In this document: in pieces, positions 41,422 through 51,694 of the stretch
Numbering within the stretch: the first letter of the stretch is position 1
Layout: every line of letters starts with the position of its first letter
Assembly: GCA_963815195.1 (NCBI GenBank)
Contig: CAWFGE010000015.1
Coordinates: 480,001-544,000 of the forward strand
Source of the DNA: an uncultured Planctomycetaceae bacterium
Lineage (GTDB): Bacteria; Planctomycetota; Planctomycetia; Planctomycetales; Planctomycetaceae
Length of the DNA stretch: 64,000 bases
Direction of reading: 5' to 3'
Translations under genes and position numbers: made by a program
The notes under the pieces: generated by a model
Databases searched by the model: none
The model's input: only the letters and a program-made list of their open reading frames with translations
What the model was told of the DNA's origin: nothing

Positions 41422-41913
41422 ATGGCGCGGAAATTTCTGTTGTTAGCCGGTCTGGGCGTCTTGGCCTTTGTGGTGTCCCAATTCCAAAGCCAACCGGCAA
41501 TGGGCGACTTTGACGATGATGACTTCGGCGGCTACTGCGGCCATGGCGGCTATTGCGGCGGCTATGGTGGCTATTGCGGCGGTTACGGCGGGTATTGCGG
41601 CGGCTATGGTGGATACCGTGGGCCGGTCTGCCACACGGGGTATTATGGCGGCTCTGGCTACGGCGGATGCTCGTCGTCGTGCGGCTATGGGTATTCTCCA
41701 GGCCCCTATAGCGGCTACGGCCCGGCGACTTATCAGTATCAGCCCACTCGCAGTTGGAACGCTTGCGGCACCACCTGCGCGGCCCCGGCAGTCAACTGTT
41801 GCACGCCCGCGCCGACCTGTTCCAGTCCCGCCCCGAGGACCGTCCCGGCCTCCTATTCCGGCGGTTCAGGCTATCGGGCGATGCCGGCTTATTGGAATGT
41901 TCCTCCGTTTTAG
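41422..41913 (+). CDS. secreted Gly/Tyr/Cys-rich repeat protein
   Basis: Signal peptide, acidic patch, (GGYCGGY)n, Cys-rich tail. Confidence 0.7.
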   Translation: MARKFLLLAGLGVLAFVVSQFQSQPAMGDFDDDDFGGYCGHGGYCGGYGGYCGGYGGYCGGYGGYRGPVCHTGYYGGSGYGGCSSSCGYGYSPGPYSGYGPATYQYQPTRSWNACGTTCAAPAVNCCTPAPTCSSPAPRTVPASYSGGSGYRAMPAYWNVPPF

Positions 41914-41941
41914 GAACCCGCTTTGAGCCACACCGAATTCG

Positions 41942-41984
41942 AAAAACCCTGGCGGAGCGATTCCATCCCGCCAGGGTTTTTCTT
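41942..41984. terminator. bidirectional intrinsic terminator
   Basis: AAAAACCCTGGCGG...CCGCCAGGGTTTTTCTT between convergent genes. Confidence 0.75.
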
Positions 41985-42041
41985 CGGTTGGCGTCCGTTG
42001 TCTACAGGATCGACCCGAAGTCCAACCGGATCCGGCAGTCG

Positions 42042-42516
42042 TCACAGAGGGCAAACTCGTTGATATTGGCCGTCGACGTCGCGGTGATAGGCTTCGAGCG
42101 TATGCTCGTGGGGATCGACGATCAGGTAGTAGTCGACGCCGTGGTCCTGGTAGAGTCTGCGTTTTTCATTGCGGTCCCGCTCGGCGGTTGAGGGGGAGAG
42201 GATTTCGACGATCGAGAGCAGGGGGCTGCGTTACGTGCCGTTCTGGAACATCGCCGCATAAGATGAAAATGTCCGGGCGGACGATGGTATCATCCGAGAT
42301 GATCCAATCGACGTCTTGGAGGACCACGGCCTCGCATTTCGCCGCTTCGATTCCGTCCCAGAGTGCTCGGGTAATTCGGTAGGAATAGTTCTGATGTGGG
42401 CTAAAAGGGCTGGGCGTCATCGCGACTGGGACACCCTGCCAGAGTTCCCAATCTCCTTCCCATTGCTCATAGTCGGCACGGGTATAGTGCGGAATGTATC
42501 TGCGTGCTGTGCTCAT
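42042..42516 (-). CDS. Uma2-family (DUF820) endonuclease, frameshifted ~42212
   Basis: 'WEGDWELWQGVPVAMTPSP', 'VRPDI', then shifted 'IVEILSPSTAERDRNEKRRLY...YYLIVDP'. Confidence 0.8.
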
Positions 42517-42767
42517 GGCTTCCTCACCGGATGCTCGACCGAACGGAGAGCTCAAGACATTGCCGACACACACGTTGCGGCCGGTTCAAACCGCTCCCAT
42601 TATACCCGATCAGCAACAACAAACCGAGTAAACAGGGTGGGCACCATTGGAACCACCCACCAGCAGCAGGATGCGGTTCGCATGGCGGGAGTGTTGTTGC
42701 CCCGCGCTTCTGCCGGGGGTAAGATAAAGGGAAAGGCGAACACGAGGCTTTTCGAGGAGAACCTGGC

Positions 42768-42995
42768 GTGAATCGAATTACCGTCCACGAACCGCTGAAA
42801 GCGGAACTCGATGCTGCCATCCAACCTGTCGAGTTGATCGATGAGGCTGGCAGGCGGCTGGGCCATTTTGTGCCCGCGCGAATTGCCGCGCCTGGTGACG
42901 ATTGCCCGTACTCTGCGGAGGAGCTGGAGCAGATGCAGACGCAACGAGGCGGCCGGCCTCTCAAGGAAATTTGGACATCCCTGGGTGCGAAATGA
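42768..42995 (+). CDS. putative antitoxin
   Basis: 75-aa ORF with GAGGAG RBS and ATGA overlap with the downstream ORF. Confidence 0.65.
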   Translation: MNRITVHEPLKAELDAAIQPVELIDEAGRRLGHFVPARIAAPGDDCPYSAEELEQMQTQRGGRPLKEIWTSLGAK

Positions 42996-43252
42996 ATTAC
43001 ACCGTGGTCTGGAGACCTACGGCTGAGCAGGCGCTCGCGCAGATCTGGACTGACGCAGTCGATCGCCAGGCCGTCACCGATGCCGCCGATTTAATTGATG
43101 CCATGCTTGGTTCTTCGCCGCGCGCGGTTGGCGAATCGCGTGCGGGAGACACGCGAATTCTGACAGCCATGCCCCTTTCGATCTATTATGACGTCCATGA
43201 AGATGATCGCCTAGTCGCGGTCTGGGCGGTTTGGTACGTTGCAAGAAAATAA
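42992..43252 (+). CDS. RelE/ParE-like toxin
   Basis: 'MNYTVVWRPTAEQALAQIW...GESR...IYYDVHEDDRLVAVWAVW'. Confidence 0.7.
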   Translation: MNYTVVWRPTAEQALAQIWTDAVDRQAVTDAADLIDAMLGSSPRAVGESRAGDTRILTAMPLSIYYDVHEDDRLVAVWAVWYVARK

Positions 43253-43449
43253 GAGGAAGCGTCCTATAACGGAGTCAACCAGGGTGGACGAGGTGTGAAG
43301 CAACCCATTAGAACGAGAGACCTTGTGGCCGAACCCTGTCCTCGGCCATTTCTAGTGAGGCAGACCGAGAGAGGTTTTAGGCAGGTCTGCATAAAGAAGC
43401 GTTAGATTAGGCGGCTTCGGTTTACTCAATAGACCGCGGTGGGTGACGT

Positions 43450-43734
43450 ATGCATAAGAAGCGTCAAATCGAAGAGCAACTTGAAATGATCGAGCAGCGT
43501 CTTGCTAACGCGGAAACATATGTTGCCAAGGGTGTGAATGTGGAAGGGTCTGCGTTCCTGCACTTCGATGATTGGAATGGCAACAGCGGCCACCCGTTGT
43601 GGATGAAAAACTTCATGATACCAGCCACGAAGAGAGCCCGGGCGAAGAAAGAAAAGGCTCTGGACACGATCGCAAACAAAGAACGGGAGAAGCGTCTCAA
43701 ACAACGCAGGAGTCGTAGAAACCACTCCGAGTAG
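43450..43734 (+). CDS. hypothetical 94-aa basic protein
   Basis: Open frame in a lower-GC stretch between an attC-like remnant and a REP pair. Confidence 0.55.
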   Translation: MHKKRQIEEQLEMIEQRLANAETYVAKGVNVEGSAFLHFDDWNGNSGHPLWMKNFMIPATKRARAKKEKALDTIANKEREKRLKQRRSRRNHSE

Positions 43735-43763
43735 GTAGGGTCGGCACCGCGCCCATAAGTCAA

Positions 43764-43830
43764 GTAGGGCAGGCTCCTGCCTTCCTCACTGGTTCGTTCT
43801 CCAGGGAAGGCAGGCGGGAGCCTGCCCTAC
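43764..43830. repeat. GTAG-type REP doublet
   Basis: GTAGGGCAGGCTCCTGCC ... GGCAGGCGGGAGCCTGCCCTAC. Confidence 0.75.
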
Positions 43831-44025
43831 GATTACTGCGTGAGCGTTATTGAGAAACTGTCTATCACGCCAAAAGAGGCATGACAAAGCGATAACCGGT
43901 ATCATTTGAGTTGCAGCGAAAACCTGCGTGCGCGTCAGGCCGCATATCTGCGGTCTACAGGCATTACGGAAGATCTTTTCCAAACACCAAGTTCACCGAA
44001 GAAAACCGCGTCTCTCGGAGGACGG

Positions 44026-44712
44026 ATGACGCCTCGCGTTCTGGTAGAGTTGTACGAATCTGCCGCCGACCCGCCCGTGCTGGCCGGAGTGGGTGACGTG
44101 GACTGGTCTGCGGTCACGCACGCCCACGGCCCCGCGACCGACGTGCCGGCGCTGCTCCGGGCAGCCGTGTCCGACGACCCGGACCACCGGGACTTTGCCT
44201 GGCAACTCCTGTTCGAGACGGTCTGGCACCAAGGAACGGTCTACCCGGCATCGACCAAAGTGGTGCCCTTCCTCTACAGACTGCTGGACAACGACGGCGT
44301 TCCCGACCAGTGGCAAGCCGCGCTATTACTCGCCTCCATCGCCGATGGCCACTCGGGCCTTGCCGTTCACGCCACGGATCCGCAGTCCGTGGAGATCTTC
44401 GAGCGGATCGCGGCGGAGAGGGGCTCCACGCTCGCCGAGGACATGGCCCGAGAGTTGGCGGACGTGGACGCGGCCCGGCAAGAGGTCCGCACAAAACTCG
44501 ACCTCTTGTATCCATACCTCCGCGATCCCGAGCCAAATATCCGTGCTTCAGTGGCAATTGCGATTGGCCACTACCCAGACATTGTGACTCGGGTGCTCCC
44601 GGACTTAAAAACTGTCCTCCGCGACGAGCCGGATGAGGAAGTTCAAGACGTCTTGCGAAAAGTCATTGCGCACGCCGAACCCGGCGCTGCACCTGACCGC
44701 AGCGGCGGGTAA
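44026..44712 (+). CDS. HEAT-repeat-like protein, probable integron cassette gene
   Basis: GGAGG RBS; 'VDWSAVTHAHGPATDVPALL', 'WHQGTVYPAS', 'LRDPEPNIRASVAIAIG'; stop lies inside the attC-like site. Confidence 0.75.
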   Translation: MTPRVLVELYESAADPPVLAGVGDVDWSAVTHAHGPATDVPALLRAAVSDDPDHRDFAWQLLFETVWHQGTVYPASTKVVPFLYRLLDNDGVPDQWQAALLLASIADGHSGLAVHATDPQSVEIFERIAAERGSTLAEDMARELADVDAARQEVRTKLDLLYPYLRDPEPNIRASVAIAIGHYPDIVTRVLPDLKTVLRDEPDEEVQDVLRKVIAHAEPGAAPDRSGG

Positions 44713-44771
44713 CATTTCCCTGAGGTCAACGCTCCACCCGCCGCCGAGGCAGGTGAGCTTTATGGTTAAAA
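44674..44771 (+). other. integron attC-like recombination site
   Basis: R'' GCCGAAC, L'' GCTGCACCTGACC, inner stem GCGGCGGGT/ACCCGCCGC, L' GGCAGGTGAGC, R' GTTAAAA; unpaired G and A in L''. Confidence 0.75.
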
Positions 44772-44911
44772 GGCTGCGTGAAACGCAGGAAGTCCGACAG
44801 CAAGTAGCCCACAAGCGGCAGAGAACGGTCCGCCGCTTGTGCGAATGCCCACTCCACGGAGATTTCGAAGACTCATGGGGCTGACGCCCCACGCCGCTTC
44901 TGGGCTCGGAA

Positions 44912-47370
44912 TCAATGCTGGAACAAGAATTCCTTCGTGTTCAGAATCGCCCAGCCGATGTCTTCTAATGCCAGTTTGCGGTCGCTGTTGCCTGCGATGT
45001 GGTGTTTGGCGGCTTCCAGTTCGGCGGCGTTTGGTTTGCGGGAGACCGCGGCGAGGTACAGCGTTTCCACGATCTCTTCGTCACTTTTATTCTCTTTGAG
45101 GAGGGCTGCGATGCGGCTGCCAGAGTCGCGGAGTTTGTTGTGCACGACGGGGCCGTTGATCATTTGCAGAGCCTGCGAGAGGTTCGATTCGCTGGAGCGC
45201 TCGCATTGGCAGGCCATCTCCCGCTGCGGCTGGCCGAAGACTTTGAGGAAATAGTTGTTCGTCGGCGGGTCGGCGAGTTCCACCGCCCGCGTGCCCGCCG
45301 GGACGCCGCCAAAGTTCTCGTTGACGCCGGTGACCTGGCAGATGGCGTCGAGCAACTGCTCCGCGCTCAAAAGCCGAGTGGCGGCGTGCGAGGGATAGAT
45401 CTCGTCATCGGCATTGAATTTGTTCGACCGCGAGGAAAGCTGATACGTCTGGCTGGTCATAATCGTGCGGATGGCCCACTTCCGGCTGAAGCCCTGCTCA
45501 ACGAATTGCTTCGCGAGTTCGTCCAACAGCTCCGCGTTGGAGGGCGGGTTGGAATCGCGGAAATCATCGACCGGTTCGACCAGGCCCCGGCCCATCAGGT
45601 GGCCCCAAATCCGGTTGACCGAGGCTTTCGCGAAGAAGGGATTGTCCGTCCGCGTCAGCCACTCGGCGAACACATCCCGGCGATCCTGGTCGTCGGGGAC
45701 TTGGACGTCGCCTTCGAGCAAGAGATGCACGGGCATGGTCTGGCCGGTGCGGGGCTGTTTGATCTCGCCGGAGGACTGCGCGAAGATGATTTCCTCGTCG
45801 GGGCGGGGGCCTTTCTTGCGGCCGATGCGGGCAAACGCCGCCGCCACGCCGTAGTAGTTGTCCTGCGACCAGCGCTCGAACGGATGGTTGTGGCATTTAC
45901 GCACTGCATGCGGATGCCCAAAAACAACTGGGCCGTGGTCTCGACCGAATCGTTGGGGTCGCGGCTGATTCGCCAGTAGCTCGCCGGCGGGTTTTCATAG
46001 ACGCTGCCGCTGGCGGTGAGCAGTTCGCGGGCGAACTCGTCCAGAGGCTGGTCGTGATACACGCTGTCGTAAATCCAGCGGTGAAACTTTTGCACGCCCG
46101 CCGATTGCAGCCGCTGGCTTTTCGAGCGGAGCACGTCGCTCCACTTGAGCGTCCAGAACTCGGCGAAATCCCGGCTCGCCAGGAGTTGGTCGATGAGCTT
46201 CGCGCGTTTGTCGGCGCGATCGTCTTTGAGGAAGGTTTCGGTTTCTTCGATCTTGGGCAATCGGCCGCAGGTGTCGAGATAGGCCCGGCGGAGGAACTCT
46301 TCATCGGTGCACAGGTCCGAGGGCAGAATTTTGAGTTGTTTGAGCTTGGCGAACGACAGGTGATCGATGAAGTTGGCTTCCGGCGGATTGTTCCAGGCGA
46401 AGCCGGGGACGTCTTCGAGGAAGGTGATTTCACTGGTGGCCATGCGGCCGAGGTAGCGGCAGAGGATCGCGGTTTCCCCGCGTCCGCCGCGCTCGACAAT
46501 GCCCTCGGGCGAGACCGTGCCCACGCTTTCGTTGGAGGAGCTGAAGCTGGTGAGGGCCGTCAGGTCGCGGGTTTTTCCATCGCTGAAAAAGCCGGTGACC
46601 TCAAGCTGCTGGCGGTCGGCCCCGGGTTGGAAGATGCGTTTTTTGGGATAGACTTCAATTTTGATTAAATTCGGCACATCGGCCGCATCGACCTGCATGC
46701 CTTCGCCGATCCAATCGCGGAGGACCGTGTAGGCGGGGCCGTCTTGTTTGAGGCGCCGGCCGCCGCCGTGGGCGACTTTCATCAAGCCTTTGCGGAGGAT
46801 CAGGCTGTCTTCGGGGGCGAGGACGTTGGTCCGCCGGCCGTAGAATTCGGTGCGGAGCGTGAGCAGATCGAGTTCCGGATCAAACCCTCTGAGCGACAGC
46901 CGAAATCCCGCTTTCCCCGAAGGCGAACCGTGGCAGGCGCCCATATTGCAGCCGGCTTTGGTGAGGGCCGCGAGGATGTCGTTTTTGAAGCTCACCGGAG
47001 CGGGCGCTTCCATCGCCGAGACCGTGACCTCGGCGACGGCTTCCGAGTTATCCAACTTGACGTGCACCTGGGCGCTGCCGTTCGCCACGGGAAAGGCCAC
47101 GCCATTTTCCACGCGGACCACAGCGGGATTGGAGGAGGTGAACTCTACAGTGCCCGTCGCGTCCCGCCGGTCGGTGTCCGAGAACACGCTGGTGACGACA
47201 AGCTGCTGCCGGGCGCGTTTGCCGTGAAGCTCAAACTTCGCCGGCTCGACCGCGATCTTGGCCGGCCCCGCCGCGAACGCGCAGGAGGCAAAGAGCACAA
47301 AGGCCACAAGGCTCAAACCGCCAAACACGTTCCCGCGCCGGGACGGAGCGTTCACAAAAAACCGTGGCAT
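44912..47370 (-). CDS. DUF1549/DUF1553 (PSCyt2/PSD1) protein with Ig-like domains; frameshift ~45900
   Basis: 'GCNMGACHG', 'FLRRAYLD', 'LFLGIRMQC..CHNHPFERW', 'VNRIWGHLMGRGLVEPVDD', 'WAILNTKEFLFQH'. Confidence 0.9.
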
Positions 47371-47410
47371 GGGATTCTCCATTTTGCTGTGGTTCACAGG
47401 GTCTTCCGAT

Positions 47411-49765
47411 CTACGGGGTTTCGACGGTGACGGTCACGGGGGCGGACGAGGCGGCGAACTTGGCTTTGCCTTGGGTGGCTTGTCCCTCGGCGGTCACATT
47501 GTTCGCGCTTGCGGGCCCCGCATCTTTGGCCGCGGCAAGTTCCACTTCCACCGACGATTGGTCGGCGGGGATCGTGGCGTTCGCGGGGGTGACGCCGGCC
47601 GGCAAGTTTTTGAAAGTCACTTCCACCGCCCCGGTGAAGGCGGGGTTTCGCTCCACTTTCACCTGAATCTTTTGCTTGCCTTCCGGCTTGAATTTGACTT
47701 CCGCGGGTTCGATGGCGAGCGTGTAGGCTTTGGCAAGCTTCACCGACAGCGAAGCCGCGGGCTGCTTGATCGTCTGGTTGCCTTTTTTCAATGTGCCGTC
47801 GAGCACCACCGTAAACTCACCCAAGGGGGCTTTGTTATTGGCGGTGAGGGTGATCTCGATTTCCTGCTGATCTTTGGGGATCGGCTTGAGCGCGGCCGTC
47901 ACGTTCGCCGGCAGCCCCGGGACCGGTTTCGGTCCGCCGTCGTTGATATTGGTCACCGCGAGGGTGATCGGTTCGGTGTAATCCTTTTGACGGGTGGCGA
48001 TGACTTTGAAGTTCGCCGTGAGGTCCGGCCCGAACGTGATCTCCGCCGGTTCGGTGCGGAGCGAAAACGGAGCCGCGGGAGAGACGCCCATCGCCAGATC
48101 ATTGAGCAGAGTTTGAGGCGGGTAGGGCATTTGATTTGTCTTGGCCTGGAGGGCCACCGTCAAATCGGCCGCTTCCCGGACCGGCTTGCCGGCGATGGTC
48201 GCTTCGCCCACGATTTTCAGACTGTGCAGCGAACCCGGCTTCGCGGCGCCGGTGCTTTTGAGGCACAGGTTAACGCCTTTCTGACCCGCGGCGACGACGG
48301 TGGGGCAAAGGGTGACCCCCTCGGACAAGCCTTCCGCGCGAATCCGAATCGCGTCGTTGTAACCGGATCGGCGGACGACGATCGGCAGCATCGCCACGCC
48401 GCCGGCGGGAACGTTCAATGTGTCGCTGGCCGCTTCCAATGTGAAACTGGGGACGCTCTCCGACACGGCGATCCGATACGCAAACTGCGAACCGCCCCGG
48501 CCCAAGAGATCTTCCACGGCGAGAGTAAAATCGCCGTCGGCGGGAAACGTCGCATTCAGCACGGCGTCTTCCGTGCCATTGTCATCGGCTTCGACGAGCT
48601 TCTTCCCGGCCGAGTCATAAAGCCTGAGCACCAAGTCCGCGGGTGAACCCTGGCTGCGAGTCACCGCGGCGAAGGTCAACTTCTGGCCTTTTTTCCCGGC
48701 GAAGGTAAACCGGTCCATGTCGCCAGGCTCGTCCAGGCGGCCGTTGAAATTCGCGGCCAGGTTGACTTTCTGGGACTGCTCGGGCGTGCTGTTGGGCTCG
48801 GTTTCGAGGACTTCCTCCGCATCGCCCACGCTCACCGTTGCGAAGCCGCTCGCGGAACCGCCCGCGCGTTTTGCTCCGACCGTGAGCCATTTCACGTTGG
48901 GATCGGTGGGAGCGGTGAGATTCACAGGCTCGATGTTTTCCAGATCGGGGCCGGCAAAGTTCAGCGACACCGGCTTGCCGCGCTGGACGCCGAGCGGATA
49001 GGGCACATTGACGCAGGGAAACTCGCCCATCCGCAACCGATAGATATGATTGCCGCCGCCTTGAAATTGGATGTCCCGCACTTCCAGAACATATTCCCCC
49101 GCCTCGGCGAAGGTGTGGCATAAGCGGGCGTCGCCCAACAGGCCGGGGGAATCGTCGTTGTAGGCGATTTCGGGGCCGTCGGCTTTCAACAGCCGAATCA
49201 TCGGATCGAGAGCCGACCCCATCCGCCGGGCCAGAACTTCGATCGAAACCCGCTGCCCGGCCTCCGCCTTGAAGCGGTAATAATTCAAACTCAAGTTATC
49301 CACCGTGCCGTCGGCCGCGACCGGCAGCGTCACCGCCTGAGCTTTCTCCGGCGACTTATTGGCGGAGTCTTGGGGGACCGAAGGCAAATCATCGACCACC
49401 ACCAACCTGAGCGGCGACACGCCCGTCGGCGTCACCACACGCACGGCTCCGACGCCTCGCGCATTCGCGGCGGCTTTCACGCGGAACACCACGCGGTCGG
49501 CCTGTTGGCCGTTGTCCTTCACGTCCGGAGCCAACGTGACCTCGGCGGGAAAGCTCGTCCACAGGCTCGTCGCCCCGGCGAGGTCTTTGCCCGTGATCGT
49601 CAGGTCCACGGCTTCGCCCGGACGCACGGCCCGCGGCGATGTCCCGGTGATTTCAGGTTCCGCAAACGCGGCCGATGTCCCGGCGAAAACACCGAGCAAA
49701 AACAACAGAGCAAAACGGCCAAAGGGCAGGGCGGGGCTAGGCAATGGCATGGGGCGGTATCTCAT
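47411..49765 (-). CDS. PPC (pre-peptidase C-terminal) domain protein
   Basis: Signal peptide, repeated 'YRFKAEAGQ', 'DPMIRL...NDD', 'ETEPN'; usual neighbour of DUF1549/1553. Confidence 0.8.
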   Translation of the reverse strand: MRYRPMPLPSPALPFGRFALLFLLGVFAGTSAAFAEPEITGTSPRAVRPGEAVDLTITGKDLAGATSLWTSFPAEVTLAPDVKDNGQQADRVVFRVKAAANARGVGAVRVVTPTGVSPLRLVVVDDLPSVPQDSANKSPEKAQAVTLPVAADGTVDNLSLNYYRFKAEAGQRVSIEVLARRMGSALDPMIRLLKADGPEIAYNDDSPGLLGDARLCHTFAEAGEYVLEVRDIQFQGGGNHIYRLRMGEFPCVNVPYPLGVQRGKPVSLNFAGPDLENIEPVNLTAPTDPNVKWLTVGAKRAGGSASGFATVSVGDAEEVLETEPNSTPEQSQKVNLAANFNGRLDEPGDMDRFTFAGKKGQKLTFAAVTRSQGSPADLVLRLYDSAGKKLVEADDNGTEDAVLNATFPADGDFTLAVEDLLGRGGSQFAYRIAVSESVPSFTLEAASDTLNVPAGGVAMLPIVVRRSGYNDAIRIRAEGLSEGVTLCPTVVAAGQKGVNLCLKSTGAAKPGSLHSLKIVGEATIAGKPVREAADLTVALQAKTNQMPYPPQTLLNDLAMGVSPAAPFSLRTEPAEITFGPDLTANFKVIATRQKDYTEPITLAVTNINDGGPKPVPGLPANVTAALKPIPKDQQEIEITLTANNKAPLGEFTVVLDGTLKKGNQTIKQPAASLSVKLAKAYTLAIEPAEVKFKPEGKQKIQVKVERNPAFTGAVEVTFKNLPAGVTPANATIPADQSSVEVELAAAKDAGPASANNVTAEGQATQGKAKFAASSAPVTVTVETP

Positions 49766-49930
49766 TCGAGGGGAGACTCGAATTTTTATCTGTTAAGGTG
49801 GGCGACGATTTGTTGCTCAAATCATCGGGACGGTCGGAATGATGAGGGAAAGCAACTCATGTAATTGTGTTGATTCTTCCCGGGAAGAGCAAGCGAACGA
49901 GGGGGGAAATCCCAATGACCATAGGGCTTT

Positions 49931-50088
49931 GGCGAGCGGCCGGCGTGAGCCGGCTGATCGTGTCCGACTGCTTCGCTTCGCTTTGTTGAAGATGTGATTG
50001 TTGTGATCTCTTCCTCCATGCGATTGTTGTGATCTCTTCCTCCATGTGATCATGGGGCTGACGCCCGGGCTGACGCCCCACGCTCGCC
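49931..50088. repeat. REPIN-like pair (GGCGAGCG family) enclosing a 2 x 26-bp duplication
   Basis: GGCGAGCGGCCGGCGTGAGCCGGCTGATC ... GATCATGGGGCTGACGCC...CGCTCGCC; internal GATTGTTGTGATCTCTTCCTCCATG twice. Confidence 0.8.
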
Positions 50089-50090
50089 GC

Positions 50091-51533
50091 TTAGAAGTCG
50101 CCGCCTGCGCCGCCGCCCACCCAGCCGCCTTCGGGCTCCGCGAGCAGGCTGCGGTTTTCGAACCGCATCGATTGCGGAATCCATGTGAGGCCGACGATGC
50201 CCGTGGGGCCGTTGCGGTTTTTGGCGACGATGAGGTCGGCTTCGCCGGGACGTTCGGAGGGATCGTAAGCATCGTCGCGGTGCAGGAACATCACGAGGTC
50301 GGCATCTTGCTCGATCGCTCCGCTTTCCCGGAGGTCCGCGAGCTTCGGGCGTTTGTCCGTCCGCAAATCCACGCCCCGGTTGAGCTGGGCCAACGCGATC
50401 ACCGGGACCGACATCTCCTTCGCCAAAAACTTGAGCCGGCGGGCGATCTGGGCGACCTGCTGCTCGCGGGGGGCGCGCTTGTCGTCGGGTTCGATAAGCT
50501 GCAGATAATCGATGACGATCATCCCCAGCCCGTAGCGGTTTTTCACCCGCCGGCAGATCGCCCCGATCTGGGCCATGTTCCGGCCGGGGTAGTCATCGAT
50601 GTAGATGGGCATTTCGCTGAGGCGCGACGAGACCTTGAGGAGTTCCAGCGTCTCGTGCTCTTCGAGTTCGCCTTTTTTGAGCCGGAGCCCGTCGAACTTG
50701 CCGAAGATGCACAAAAACCGCTCGGCCAGTTCCAGCTTGGACTGCTCCAGGCTGAAAATGACGACGCCGCCGCTGGGGTGTTGACGTTTGGGGGATTCCT
50801 GCTGGATAAAGCGTTCGTGGGCATCGACGGCCACGTGCCGGGCGAGGTTACAGACGAAGGCCGTTTTGCCCATGCTCGGCCGGGCGGCGATGATAATGAG
50901 TCCCCCCGGCTGAAATCCGCTGGTGAGGCCGTCGAGCTGATCGAAGCCCGTCCGCGTGCCGCTGATCGACCCGTCGTCCGCCACGCGGGCATGAATGCCG
51001 GTCATCGCATCTTCGAGGATGTCGCGGATTTCGAGCGACTGCGTATCGCCTTCGTTGTCGAGGATCTGAAACACCTGCTCCTCGGCATGGGAGAGCAGGT
51101 CCTCCGTGTCGGCCGAGTCCTCGTTGATCTCTTTGAGGATGTTCGTGCACGCATCCCGGAGGCTCCGCCTCACGAACTTGTCGCGGACGATCTCGGCGTA
51201 ATAGCGGGCATGCGCGGCGTGGGGGACCGTCTCCAGAATCTGCCCGATGTAGGGGGCCCCGCCGATCTGCTCGAGTTCCCCCCGGCGTTCCAGTTCGGAG
51301 GCGACGGTCACCGCATCGATCCCGCCGATGGTCGTCTCGGCCAATTTGAAGATCGCATCCGCAATGCGGATATGGGGATCGCTGTAGAAGTGGGCGGGTT
51401 GAATCAGGTCCGCCACGTCGTCGATCGCATCCTGCGAAAGCAGCATGCTGCCTAACAGCGACCGTTCCGCGTCCAGATTCTGCGGCGGCAAACCTTCGTA
51501 AGCGGGTTTCGACTCATCCCGGGATTTGCTCAT
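50091..51533 (-). CDS. dnaB: replicative DNA helicase DnaB
   Basis: 'PPQNLDAE', 'AARPSMGKT', 'IDYLQL', 'LAQLNR', 'DLRESGAIEQDAD', 'AKNRNGPTG'. Confidence 0.97.
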   Translation of the reverse strand: MSKSRDESKPAYEGLPPQNLDAERSLLGSMLLSQDAIDDVADLIQPAHFYSDPHIRIADAIFKLAETTIGGIDAVTVASELERRGELEQIGGAPYIGQILETVPHAAHARYYAEIVRDKFVRRSLRDACTNILKEINEDSADTEDLLSHAEEQVFQILDNEGDTQSLEIRDILEDAMTGIHARVADDGSISGTRTGFDQLDGLTSGFQPGGLIIIAARPSMGKTAFVCNLARHVAVDAHERFIQQESPKRQHPSGGVVIFSLEQSKLELAERFLCIFGKFDGLRLKKGELEEHETLELLKVSSRLSEMPIYIDDYPGRNMAQIGAICRRVKNRYGLGMIVIDYLQLIEPDDKRAPREQQVAQIARRLKFLAKEMSVPVIALAQLNRGVDLRTDKRPKLADLRESGAIEQDADLVMFLHRDDAYDPSERPGEADLIVAKNRNGPTGIVGLTWIPQSMRFENRSLLAEPEGGWVGGGAGGDF

Positions 51534-51694
51534 GAGAGGGCCTTATCCTTCGAGCCAATCAGGCAGTCGTCACGAAACCAAAATAACAACACCGGACAGG
51601 AGAACCTGTCCGGCGGGATTTTTGTAAGCGGCACGGCGGCTCGCCGCCGGTCTTTTGGACGGAACCGGCGGCTGGCGCCGTGCCGCTCAAGACC

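Noticed and set aside
41422..41913. RiPP precursor cluster
   Set aside because: Has a Sec-type signal peptide, and no radical SAM, YcaO or peptidase-transporter genes are adjacent.
50770..50830. Palindrome insertion or intein in dnaB
   Set aside because: The short extra segment (AHERFIQQESPKRQHPS) is not palindromic and there are no intein motifs.
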